From the human T2T-CHM13v2.0 reference genome, Homo sapiens: DNA of 64,000 bases. The translations under genes and the position numbers were made by a program. The notes under the pieces are model-generated. The model had not been told where the DNA came from and ran no database searches. It saw only the letters and a list, made by a program, of their open reading frames with translations. The DNA is taken from the NCBI RefSeq assembly GCF_009914755.1, contig NC_060929.1; one strand, written 5' to 3'. The number at the start of each line of letters is the position of its first letter. The first letter of the stretch is position 1. This document shows positions 44,615-57,483 of this stretch, piece by piece.

Positions 44615-44775
44615 CTTGGCTGTGTGGCCTTGGACAAGTGACTTACCCTCTCCAAACTTCATTATCCTGATTTTACAGATGAAGAGACCTCCAGGGCATC
44701 CTTCCAGGTTGGGGATTAAACATGAGGGATGCATGTAAATGCTTGACACAGGGTAAGTGAGCAAAGCATGTTAGT
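44615..44775 (+). mobile_element. MIR
   Basis: ggctgtgtggccttggacaagtgacttaccctctc..gattaaa. Confidence 0.65.
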
Positions 44776-45679
44776 TGGTATACCCACCCTCTCTTTTAAC
44801 GGCGAGCCTTTGCCAGATGGAGGACATAAAAATTCTAAGCAATAACTCCTACCTTGGCTTTGTCCACTTAATTACCTTTATTTTCTGAACAATGTGTGAC
44901 GAGGTTTGATAAGAGGTAATTTTTTTAAAAAAAACATGCAGTGTGACAGAGGCTGGCACCTTTCTCCTTTATTTGACTGCTTAGTAAGTCAAAGCACTTT
45001 TTAATTGGATCGTTTATTCCTCCAGGCTTGGAAGACAGTGTCCAGGAACCAGCCTACTGAAGGGGCAGCTGGACTCTGATGGGTGGTTATGAAAACAAAA
45101 GAAAAGTGCTTTTTGATGAAGCTGATAGGCTGGACTTAGTCCTGTTATCTTTGGAGATCGGCAAATACACTGCAGCAAATTCTGCAGCTCAAGAAAACCT
45201 CTGGGTTGCTAATGCAGGTTTGCAAATATAGCAACTATAATGAAATGGCTACTTTTAAATGATTTCCTATAATGGTGCTTACATATGGAAGCTTTTTTCC
45301 TGTTGAAAAAATTTAATTGGAAAATGGCGAAGGAATAAGAAGAGGGAGACAGCCAGTTCCGATGAACAAACACACTGACGGCACTGTGTGAGCAGCTTTA
45401 ATGAACTCCTCCTTGTTGTGCCCAAGTGTTTGTCCTCCTGGGGGATCTGGCAGAGCTGCCCCTGCCCGGTGCACCCTCCTCCTCATGGGCTCCGACCCCA
45501 ATCAGTTCCCAGATTCCTGCTCGGCTGTGACCTCTGGCAAGCATTCTTCCATGCTCCTCCCCAAGGTTATCACCAGGGCCACTGCAGGCCTGCTATGGAG
45601 TCCTAACTGCACTGTGAGGTCTTCCCTGTGGACCTGTCTGCATCCTCCAAACAACTGTGAGCTTTGGGATGGGGTTCTT

Positions 45680-46190
45680 TCACTGCTGCTCAAGTATTTG
45701 AGTATCTCCTACGTGCAGGAACTGCTATGCTGGTAAATTAGGCAGGTGAAGTCCCTGCCCGCGTGGAGCCTGCACTCTGGCATGACAGCCAGATAAAGCT
45801 TGATAACACACAAGGAAATGAGCACAAACACAATCCATCCTCAGGGAGTGCTCCATGCTATGAAAGAAAATGAAGCAGGGAAAGGGAAGCAAGTGGCTGC
45901 CTGAGAGTGAGGGATGAGGCATGACTCTAGAGGGGAGGGCGGGGGGCCTTGGTGGAGACAGCTGCTGAGGAAGGAGGGCTCCAGGCGGAAGGAACAGCCA
46001 GCACAGAGCCCCGGGCAGGAGAAGCAGCTCAGGCTGGAGGAACAGCAAGCCAGGAGGCCAGAGCGGCTGCAGCTGGAAGAAAAACAGGACAAATGGCCAA
46101 GGAGGCGGCCAGAAGCAGGGCCCGCCCTGTTGGCTGCGTGCTGAGGAAGCTAGAAGTCACTCTAGGCTTGAAGGATTTGAGGGTGGGAGC
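45680..46190 (-). mobile_element. L2 fragment
   Basis: caagtatttgagtatctcctacgtgcagg..gtccctgcccgcgtggagc..tccaggcggaaggaacagcca. Confidence 0.6.
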
Positions 46191-47349
46191 ACATTGACCT
46201 GACAGCAGATTCTGTCTTTCATCCCCAGTACCTAGCACAGCCCCAAGTGAGTTTGCTGACTAAATGAAAAAAAAAAAGCTTCTATGTGTGGGCAGAGAAC
46301 ATGTGTCAACACTGGGCAGGGAAGGTCACTCCCCTCCAGGAACTCAGTCTTCTCAGGAAAGAGGCTACCACCAGTTATAATTAACCCATGTATTTTTAAA
46401 TGAGGGACGGAATGAAAAGAATGGTTTGGGAAAATGAGGATGCCCCATGGCGCAGATAGGTGGACACTGCCTTCTGTGTGAGGACCAGTGCAACAGACGC
46501 CACCTCATGTCAGGAGGTCCAAGAAGCCCCACAGGAAAGACATCCATGTAAATGTGTTTATCCTTGCACTTCCCAAACTTATTTAATTATGGAACTTTGT
46601 TGGAGTACAGGTCATTTATTAATTCCATAAAATACAATTTGAGAGAAGTGAATGGCGGGATCAGTATAGGGCTCACATTCTACAATGATAAGCAATTTCT
46701 AGGCTGTTTAAATCTGTCTGGCTAAGGCAGAAGACAGAGTCCTGAAGCTTGGGGCTGCCAGGGTTAGAGATTTATGATGCCCTTATGAACTTAGCATGTT
46801 GGTATGAACTTAGCATGCTGGTATGAACTTGGCACATGCATGGTCTGGTTGCAGGGAGTTGTGTGTATTGTAACATAAAGCCCGGGGACTGGGTTCAGTT
46901 TAGTTGGGGGAAGTGTCTTCACTCCTCAACATACTTCTGCCTGGCTTAAGCTGTACCAACATACAGCTCTCAATGGCTTTGATGTATTTTATTTGGCCTT
47001 AGATGCAATCCAGACTACTGATCGCTCCTTCCTTATTAGAGCCTCCTCTGCCCCACTGGCTTCCAGAATACCACTCTCCTCATTTTATTCCTTCATCTTT
47101 GGCTGGCTGACTGGTGGATTGGTTTATTACCTCATTCATTCATTCCCACTACTATCTTTAAACACATGTTATGTGCCAGGCCCTGTGATAATCTCTGAAG
47201 ATATACTAGGAGATGAAACAAACATGCTTCCGCCTAGTGCAATTTAGTGGGAGAATCAGTCAAGCAAATAAATACTATTACATAATTTAAAATGTCAACG
47301 TGATAGTAAGATACAAATGGGGCAATGACAGAGTCAACAGTTATCATCT

Positions 47350-48285
47350 GCAAACACCCTGATGTCTCCCAGCTGCTTTTCTTCAGCCCAGGTCTCTCCT
47401 CTTGGTGTTTTATCTGAATGCCTACTGCCTTCTGAAGCACCTCCGCTCAAATACTTCAAGACACTATAAACCCATGGGCAAACAAAACACGATCTCCACC
47501 TATCATATAGTTCCTGCCCCAAGCAAAACAAAACTCAAAGCAAAACCACCTGGTCCTACTTCCTATGTGCCCTATTGGCGAATGGCCCTGTTGTCCATCT
47601 GTTGTACAAACAAACTCTTATGGGGCATACACACCCCCCACCTTCAATCGGTTTCCAATCCTTCAGCAAATCTTGCCAATTTTACATCTTTATTAAATCT
47701 CAGCTGCCACCACCCTAATCTGAGCAACAATTTTGCCCATCTAGAGTTCTGCAATAGTTTCCAAGCTAGCCTCCCCAACTCATTCTTCATCTATGGATTC
47801 TTTCTCCACACTACAGTGATTGACTCAAAATGCAAATCTGATTATCTCATTCTCTTCCCCCACTATTAAAAAATCTTTCAGTAGCTTCTTGTGGATCTTT
47901 GGGTAAAGGCCAAACATGGTCTCTGTCATGGCCTGTAAGACTCTGCATGGCCTAGTTCCTGCCTACCTCTCCAGTCCCCCTCTCACACCTCTGTGTCCTC
48001 CATCCATGAGGATCTTCAGTCACCTCCTTAAATGCATTCCTCTCCCTCACTGGATGCTATTCTCTTCCTTGACCTGCTTAATTCCTACTGATCCTCCAGC
48101 TCTGAGGTCAAACGCCTTCCTAGAGGAAGCCTTCTTGTAACCCTAGACTGAATCAAATTTCTTTGGATACACTCTCATAGTACTGTGTTCCATAATGTTG
48201 TAGCACTTATAGGATTTTAATTAAACCCAAATATGTAATATTTGATTAAAATCCCTCTCCCCAACAAAATTTTAACTTCCAAGAC
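47350..48285 (+). mobile_element. L2 fragment
   Basis: aaaatgcaaatctgattat..ctctgcatggcctagttcctgcctacctctccag..aggaagccttc. Confidence 0.6.
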
Positions 48286-49247
48286 AAACTCATTATAAAA
48301 CTCAAGAAAACTGACTATATGCAACTCTTCTTTCTCCTGGTTCTTCTTCCATCTCTCCCATACATGTAAACATGTCTGTCCTAAGATATGCTGCTCCTCC
48401 CTCTTTTGACTCCACACCCTTCAACCACAGGGATCACCTTAGCTCAGATAACTTCAAAGCCTCTTCCCTCAACCTCGATCTCTTTCCAAATATCCAGGTA
48501 GGCAAGACCAGTAGTTTTGTAACATTTTGACTGCAACCCAGTTAGAACATTCATTTGGCAACTTACTGCCTACAAAGATGCAAGAAACAAATTTCATGAA
48601 ACAATACTGTCACTTGCTTTCCTATTAGCCTTCATTTAAAAATACTTTTTCATGTAATTTCAAGACCCAACAGTAGGTCACACCCTGCAGTTTAAAATAC
48701 ATCATACCAGATATTTACACATGGATATTTCTCTACAACCTCAAACATAATATGACTATTTCCCAACTCACTTCTCAACACAACTTCCTAAGGAATATAT
48801 GATCATTCTCTTAGTCACTTAGGAACAACACATTGGAGTCATTTTGGATTCCTCCTTCTTGCCCAATCCAAGTAGTTGTTAAAACCTATTGGGATTCTTC
48901 CACTGCAATGTGTTGGCCCCCATCCCATCCCTTCCCTTCCCACCATCATAGTTCAGATATTACTGTAATTTGGAATACTGCAATAGCCTTTTAAACTGGT
49001 TCCCTACTTCCAGAATTTTCAAATAGAAGTGACTTATGTTTGAATCACAATTGTATCAGAGCAGAAAGCTTCAGTTCCATTTTGACCAACAAAGTAATGT
49101 GTAAGGGACTGAAATACATGTGACTTCATCCACTCAGCAAACCCCTTGAAAAATTAAATTTTAATTCAGGCTGCCTCACATTTCTAAAATTTCTATTACA
49201 ATCCAGAAACCAAACTCTGGCTTGGTGGCAAGGGCAGGCAGACTCAC

Positions 49248-49390
49248 CCATGTCAGCAGTAACCATGGTAGACTGGTTTTCGGGGATAGAGACAGAGGTC
49301 TGGTCTTGGTCCATGCTTCGAGAGTCCTCGTTGACCTCGTGTTGGCTCTGGCTGAGTTCTGATCGCAGTTCTGAGTACTCATCTTCCTCC
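49248..49390 (-). CDS. MCC: MCC internal coding exon (first in window), 143 nt, phase 2 to 1: (R)EEDEYSELRSELSQSQHEVNEDSRSMDQDQTSVSIPENQSTMVTADM(D)
   Basis: Acceptor ttttttctcag|G and donor ATGG|gtgagt on the minus strand. The peptide matches recalled human MCC, and the frame joins the exon at 30887. Confidence 0.96.
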
Positions 49391-52300
49391 CTGAGAAAAA
49401 AGGAGAATTGGCAACCACTAACAGAGGATATAAGACAACCCCCTAGAGAATATGTCTTTTAAGGACAAGAAAAAGACATTGAGAGAGAAAACAGATTTCT
49501 CCCCCAGGCCACAGGGACCAGGATTTCTCCCAGGCGAAATAGATAGTCACATCTATGCTCAGTGAGTGAAGCTGAAAGGTTGCCTCTGTGTCCACAAAAC
49601 ATACCCATGTACCAAACGAGATTCATCTATCAGCCTGCAGAAACTCTTCCCCTTTAAAGATTCCTGAAGAAACTAGATTTCTTCGCCTCCTCAAATTCCG
49701 AGGAGAATAAGAACTAAGGTTACTAGCACTGAGGCTGCTGTGAACCAAATAACTAAGAGTCTAGCGCACAGCAACAGCATGCCCTACAACCTGGAGGGGC
49801 CCACAGGGGCTTCCTTCTTGAAGGAGGCTGGAGGTTGGAGATGGGGTTAGAGCTATTGGGAAACCAGCACCTCATCTGTGCAGATCAAACTAGACTTTTT
49901 TGAAAGGTATATGGATCAGCATGTATAAGAAAGACTAGGCTAACTTCCCAAAGAAAGTAGGTAGAACTAGGGGGTAGGAAGAGAGGATGCAATGAGGAGA
50001 AAACAGAACACTGAATGAGAGAACACCATTCAATGGTCTATTTCCTTTAATTTACACTTGCTAACAGGAAGACAACATTTAAACCCCACTGTGTTTTATT
50101 TGTATACACACATCTACCTCTTCTCAGCCCTTCAGAGGTCCCTCAACCTCTGGTCTCTTCACTGTACTATTAGCAAGCTGAGAAACTTAGAATTGCAGTG
50201 TGTATTTCAGAGCACGTGTACTGTCCCCTTCCCACACCACCACCATCACCACACATACACTGGACACAGGTATGGAGACAGCAAAATGAACCGTCTTTGA
50301 AGGATCTATTTTGCAAGTGAACCAGTAGGGGGAACTGTCAGGGGATTTAACTGGGAGTGGAATGCCCACTTGGGTCTGCTCAGCTTCAAGGGCAGGTTGT
50401 CTGTGAAGAAAGCTAGGAATCAGAGAAATCTCAGCCTGGCATTCATTTTAAGTTGTCAACAACCAGAGGAGAAGAAAGTCTACAGTGTTGGATTCTGGGT
50501 GGACCAAAATGATGAGTGGCGATCATTAGGGTTTAGGGAGGCAAGCGGGAGACACATCTATAAATCAGAGAAATGTGAAGAACAGAAATCTTGGTTCTCT
50601 TAAGATATCAAATTTCTCCCAGGAAAGGGATTCAGCTGAGCCCGTGCTTTATAAGGTATTGTTAATAAAACCTACCCAGAAAACTGGGAAAGCTTTATGT
50701 AGATATAAAGCCCCATGACATGGAAAATATGAATTAGAGAGTGGTGAAGACAAAAAATACAGGCTAATGTTCTATGAATAAGTTAATTATTAGACATCTG
50801 CAAAAGTCAACAATAATTAGGTTTAGGAAAGAAAATGATTAAAAAGCACTCTTAAGTGCCTTTTTGGTCTACAGGATGATTGTGCACTGATAGATACATT
50901 AGCTCTCCTTTCAGTCAGCACTTAAAATTCTGATTTTAGTTAAGGGAGATTTTGTGTATGATGAATAAATTACCTTTGTTGCATGGCCAACGTAATCAGC
51001 TTTGGCTCAGCCGAGACTTTTTTGCAGCCAAGAAAGCAAGTGATAAATGCTGCTGCTGTTTCTTTGGTATAAATGGCATTTGTAAAATCTTTAATAGCCA
51101 CCTTAAACCTGGCTTGGCAGATTCGAAAACATATATTTCCTGCCAAATCTCCTGCTTTGTACAAAATTACTTCTAGAGATTACTAGGATGAACTTTATAA
51201 AGCAGTGAATTGGGAAAGTATGGGAAAGGGAAGCTGTTATTGCAGAAACATTCCCTACTGAGGTCAGAGCACAGTCTGAAGGAGAACCATACCACATTAA
51301 GCAGTAGGTTTTCTGTGTCACAAAATGCAAACTAAAAATTCCCATTCAATGTATTTGAGCACCAAAACAAAGATAGGAACACAAAGACTGCACAGATTCT
51401 GTCTTCAAGGAGACAAAGATGTTCACAAGAAGGATGCTGTGGGTGAACACTGGTGGAATATCTGGGGCTGCCAGTGGGGAGTGACCAAAGAAGACCTCCC
51501 GGGTGGAGCAGCGCTCAAGATCAGTTAGGACCTAATTTCAGTTACGTCACAAGTGTGGAATAGCACAGGCAAAGGCTCAGAGGAGCTGGGAACGTGCAGA
51601 ACTTGGAGGGGAGCAAGTGGTTCACTATGACTGAAACCAAAATATGGCACAGGATGGAAACATGAGGCTGGAGAGGCACTCATACTACTTGTTGACTAGG
51701 CAGTGTGAGCAAAAGGAAAATATATTGCACCGGAGGATGCAAATAATCAGGGTTAGATGGAAGAAATAAAAATACAATGTGGAAAGTCTAGGAATTCAGA
51801 GGAAGGAGTAAATGTTGCCAAGATCTTGTGTGGAAACAGATAAAATGAGAAGAAGAGAAATGCATTCCAGCTATGGTAATCATTATAAGTATTCTAGAAC
51901 AAAAACGACACATGGCAACAAAGTAAATAGTCATCAGAGGTGGAAAGCTACCTTGCGAGAACAGGGAAGATTTTGTGCCACAAAGAGTGAGGTATAAAAA
52001 TGTTAAACTGAGCTTAAATATTAGAAAGTTCATGCACCCTGTTGTGTCTCCCACTGACTTTGGTAAAAAAATCATGGAGCTGCATATCCTTATCTCTCAT
52101 TGGCATCATTCCTGAAAGGGGGCTGGAACCTGGGACCGGGAAATGACAAAAGCAATTCTCAGAGGGTCCTCTGTAAACTAACTCGATTTATGATTGCAGT
52201 ATGCGTGGCAGACTGCATCAGGAGTATTGTTCCATCAAGAGCTATGGAGTAAGTAAAAAACACCAAGAGTCCCTGGCAGTTTTATAAAGACAAGATTTTG

Positions 52301-53197
52301 AGTTGTGCTTCTGCAGTGGCTCTGCACAGCCTAGAGGATGCCTGGTGAGGCTAATGACACAGCACAACAGCATCTCAAGATGACTTCTGTTTGTTGTATA
52401 TACAGGCATTCTTCTCAAGCAATAACTTATTTCTTTGGGGAAAAAATGCCTCCCAAAAAAACACCAACTGCTATTGCTGGTGATGAAGAAGAGGAAAATG
52501 TAAAAACGTGGAAAAAAAGTGTCCATTTAAAACCAGAAAAATAGCACCTCTGATAAACTGATAAATGTTGAAAGTGACACTCTGTAGTGGTAGGTTTATA
52601 ATAATGGAATGACAAAGTTCTCAGGTGTTTCTCCTTGGAACATAAAGGGTCAACTCACAGGATTCCAAATGCATATTCTTTCATTCATGTAGAAGCATCT
52701 GCGAAGTGCTTCCAAGTTGCTTTAAGAGATGCAACCATTAATGTTTGCTCCTAGCTTAAACAACAACATAACAAATGCTCCTCAGGAGACAGGCATTAGA
52801 TTGTACACTTGCCTATGTAATGACCAGCAGTGGCAGAAAAATCACAGGCTGGCAGACTGGAAGGGATTTTAAAGACTGTTTTAGCCAGGACCACTACCTT
52901 TATTTTACAAACAAGATAAATGGGGCTTCGAGAGGCAACTTACCTAAGATTATGCAACCACTAGCACAGCCTAATTCCTAAATTTCATACCAATGAGACA
53001 ATATGTACTTGACCTTTGAACAACATGTATTTGAGCTGCATGAATCCATTTATATGCAAATTTTCTTTCCATAAATATATTTGACAATTTTCTGGAAATT
53101 TGTGACAACTTGAAAAAAACTCAGATGAATCGTATAGCCTAGAAATACAAAAACAAACTTTTTTTAAGGTATGTCATAAATGCATGAAATATATACA

Positions 53198-53275
53198 TTA
53201 GGTTGATGCAAAAGTAATTGCAGTTTTGCTTTTGAAAGTAATGGAAAAAACCGCAACTGCTTTCACACAACCTAA
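53198..53275. mobile_element. MADE1 (Hsmar1 mariner MITE), 78-bp imperfect palindrome
   Basis: ttaggttgatgcaaaagtaattgcagtttt...aaaaccgcaactgctttcacacaacctaa. Confidence 0.88.
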
Positions 53276-53436
53276 TAGATACTAGTCTATGTGTTAATTG
53301 ACTGCTTATGTTATCTGTAAGGCTTCAAGTCAACAGTATACTATTAGTAGTTAAGTTTTTGGTGAGTCATGAGCTATGTGTGGATTTTTAACTGCACAGT
53401 GTAGGGGTTGGTGCCACTATCCCTCATATTGTTGGG

Positions 53437-54515
53437 GTTTTTTAAACTCTTATTTTAGGTTCATGAGTACATGTGAGGGTTTGTTACGCAGGTAAACTCG
53501 TGTCTTGGGGGGTTTGTTGTACAGATTATTTCATCACCCAGCCCAATACCCAATGGTTATATTTTCTGTTCCTCTCCCTCCTCCCACCATCCACCCGCAA
53601 GTAGGCCCCAATGTCTGTTGTTCCCCTCTTTGTGTCCATTTGTTATCATTTAGCTCCCACACACAGTATTCAGTTTTCTACTCCTGCATTAGTTTGCTAA
53701 GGTTAATAGCCTCTGGCTCCATCCATCTTCCCACAAGACATGAGCTTGTATTTTTTATGGCTGCATAGTATTCCATGGTATATACGTACCACATTTTCTT
53801 TATCTAATCTGTCACTGATGGGCATTTAGGTTGATTCCATGTCTTTGCTATTGTGAACAGTGCTGCAATGAACGTTTGCATGCATGTGTCTTTATAGTAG
53901 AATGCTTTATGTTCCTCTTGGTATATACCCAGTAATGTGATTGCTGGGCTGAATGCTAGTTCTGCTTTTAGCTCTTTGAGGAATTGCCATACTGTTTCCC
54001 ACAATGACTGAACTCATTTACACTCCCACCAACAGTGTGTAAGTATTCCCTTTTCTCTGCAACCTCACCAGCATCTGTTATTTTTTGACTTTTTAATAGT
54101 AGCCATTCTGACTGGTGTGAGATGGTGTGTCACTGTGGTTTTGATTTCCATTTCTCTAATGAGCAGCAATATTGAGCTTTTTTTCATATGCTTGTTGGCT
54201 GCATGTATATCTTTTGAAAAATGTCTGTTCATGTCCTTTGCCCACTTTTTAATGGGGTTGTTTTTCTCTTGTAAATTTGTTTAAGTTCCTTATAGATGCT
54301 GGAAAGACCTTTGTTTGATGCATAGTTTGCAAATATTTTCTCCCATTGTGTAAGTTGTCTGTTTACTCTGTTGATAGTTTCTTTTGCTATGCAGAAGCTC
54401 TTAAGCTTCATTAGAACCCATTTGTCAATTTTTGCTTTGTTGCTATTGCTTTTGGTGTCTTTGTCATGAAATCCTTGCCCTTGCCTCCATGCAGAATGAA
54501 ATTGCCTAGGTTGTC
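53437..54515 (-). mobile_element. 5'-truncated older L1PA (about PA13-16), 3' end
   Basis: Reverse ORF2 C-terminal fragments ([18 protein letters not shown]) and 3'UTR. Confidence 0.88.
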
Positions 54516-56203
54516 TCCCATAATCCTCACATTGTTTGAGGGTCAACTGTAATGTCATGACTGAAGGAAAAGATATTTCATTGTTTATTAAAGATTCCTT
54601 CTCATTATTGGTTAGGGGTAAAATAATTTAATCAGAAGAGGGAAAAGTCAATGGAAGTATAATTCTTACTATGCTATCTAGACTTCAAGCTGAAAGTACT
54701 ATGGAGTCAACAGCATTTGATAGACTGTCATGTCACTAACTATCCACATTATCTATCTCATTTTGGGTGCACATTCATGCCTTCCATTGGATTGGAATGA
54801 TTTGTGGAGAAGAGCCAGATGGTCATCTGCCTGCTTTGACAGCTGTCAAGCTGTCAGTCAGCTGTGGCCAACTAATCCACCCTACTTGACCTGGTGTTTT
54901 TTGGGCGAACTGCATTCTTTCTTAAATTAAGAGTAGACTTGCCTTTAAATGGCTGGCTTTCTTTTAAAGAACAAAGTTTTTTGTTTTTTGTTTTAAAGCT
55001 ATTGGAAGGAAATGTATTCCTTTTAGTTCTCTGAAAGAATCTATTACATACAGGAAATAAGTGATGAATAAAGTCCTCGTTCTTTCTTCAATACTATCTC
55101 CTCTTATTTTTTCAGATAGCATAGAGAAGATCAGACTCATCTATGAATCTTTTGGTGAATAATTGAACAAATGGGATTTTGAAATGCTCTCCTATGAATA
55201 TAACAATCCATTTTTGTCTTAACAAGAGCTCATATAAGATCCATATTCAAGAACTTCCAAATATTAAAAAAGAGATTGATACAGACCACACAGGAAAACA
55301 GGGAGAGAGAAACACTCTTCTTTCTGGGTTTTATTTTTATTTCATTGCATTATACTTTTTAGACTGTAAATTAATCAGAACAACATGTTTTGCTGGCAGA
55401 CAAGGAGGTTTTGGTTACAGTTTTTGAAATGCAACAACATGAAGATGAACAGATGCCTGTGTGTTTTGTTGGCTGCATGTATACCAAGATGTACGTGATA
55501 CCAACAACACACAGGTAACTGTGTGCCCAAAGATCAGGAGAAACATCAAGCTCCTAGTGCAGGCCTGAAATCTTAGTGGTCAGATTATATTACAGTAGAT
55601 AGAGACTCTGGGATGTTTTCTCTCTCTGTCCTCAAATGAGGGGGCATTTTGTAGCAGACCCAGTAAGCAGAAGGGTTGAGTGCCAATCCTGAGATCACAG
55701 AGATAGGAGGGGTCTGTGCCTTGGGGCTGCTGCTGTATGAGGTTAAAGGTGTGAGAGAGAGAGTTTAGGATAGGAGCCTAGGCTGAGGACAAACTTGGTG
55801 GAGGGAAGAGAAGATCAACCGTCTGCAGGGTCCTAGAGGTTTAAGAAGAGTGCTGTCAGGAAGGAAAGAGGGCCTAGGGTCAAATGCCATAGAAAGAGAC
55901 CAATGACAAAAAAAGTCACTGGATTTTTCATTTAAGAAATCATTGGTGATTTTCAAGAAAGGTGTTTCAGTCAGCTCAGGCTGCCATGAAAAGATACCAT
56001 AGACAGGGTGGCTTAAACAATAGAAATTTATTTTCTCACAGTTCTGGAGCCTAGATCCTCCAAGATCAAGGTCCAGCATGGCTGCTTTCTGGTGAGGGCT
56101 CTTCCTGGCTTCCAGATGGCTGACTTTTCCCTGTGTCCCCATATGGCTGGGAGGAAGAGAATATACATGCAAGCCGTCTTATGTCTCTTCTTAAAAGGCA
56201 ATA

Positions 56204-57058
56204 CAACAAAAAACAACCCCATCAAAAAGTGGGCAAAGGATATGAACAGACACTTTTCAAAAGAAGACATTTATGCAGCCAACAAACATTTGAAAGAAAG
56301 CTCATCATCACTGGTCATTAAAGAAATGCAAATCAAAAACACAACAAGATACTATCTCACACCACTTAGAATGGCGATCATTAAAAAGGCAGGAAACAAC
56401 AGATGCTGGAGAGGATGTGGAGAAATAGGAACACTTTTACACTGTTGGTGGGAGTCTAAATTAGTTCAACCATTGTGGAAGACAGTGTGCCAATTCCTCA
56501 AGGATCTAGAACCAGAAATACCATTTGACCCAGCAATCCCATTACTGGGTATATACCCAAAGGATTATAAATCATTCTGCTATAAAGACACATGCACATG
56601 TATGTTTATTGTGGCACTATTCAGAATAGCAAACACTTAGAACCAACCCAAATGCCCATCAAGGATAGACTGGATAAAAAAAATGTGGCACATATATACC
56701 ATGGAATACTATGCAGCCATAAAAAAGAATTGAGTTCATGTCCTTTGCAGGGACATGGATGAAGCTGGAAACCATCATTCTCAGCAAACTAATACAGGAA
56801 CAGAAAACCAAGCACCACATGTTCTCACTTATAAGTGGAAGTTAAACAATGAGAACATATGGGCACAGGGAGGGGAACATCACACACTGGGGCCTGTCGG
56901 GGGATGGGGGCAAGGTGAAAGACAGCATTAGGAGAAATACCTAATGTAGATAATGGGTCCAGCAAACCACCATGGCACATGTATACCTATGTAACAAACC
57001 TGCACGTTCTGCAGATGTATCCCAGAACTTAGGTATAATTAAAAAAAATGAAAAAAAG
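56204..57058 (+). mobile_element. 5'-truncated L1PA (about PA7-10), 3' end
   Basis: ORF2 C-terminus ([19 protein letters not shown]), 3'UTR, poly(A), TSD aaaaggcaata. Confidence 0.92.
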
Positions 57059-57080
57059 GCAATATACCTTCTTGAGAGCC

Positions 57081-57483
57081 TGCTATGGTTTGAATGATTG
57101 TCCCCTCCAACTCTCATGTAGAAATTTCACCCCCAATATTGGAGATGGAGTCTAGTGGGAGGTGTCTGGGTCATGGGAGTGGACCCCTCAAGAGATTATT
57201 GCCCTTCCTTGTGGGTGAGTGAGTTCTCACTCTATTAGTTCCTTGGAGAGTGAGTTGTTGAAAGAGCCTGGCACATCATCCCTCTCAGGCCATGTGATCT
57301 CTGCACAGCCGGCTCCCCTTCCCCTTCTGCCATGAGTAGAAGCAGCCTGAAGCCCTCACCAGAAGCAGATGCCAGTGCCATGCTTCTTGTACAGCCTGCA
57401 GAACTGTGAGCCAAATAAACCTCTTCTATTTATAAATTACCCAGCCTCAGATTCCTTTCTAGAAACACAAAAGGACTAAGACA
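57081..57483 (+). mobile_element. MSTB/C-type MaLR solo LTR
   Basis: tgctatggtttgaatg...ggactaagaca, TSD gagcc/gggcc. Confidence 0.85.

Larger units (their letters stand above)
53006..54551 (+). mobile_element. Tigger2a-like element interrupted by MADE1 and an L1
   Basis: TIRs cttgacctttgaacaaca (53008) and ttgtttgagggtcaactg(ta) (54533-54551). Internal sequence resembles Tigger2. Confidence 0.75.
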
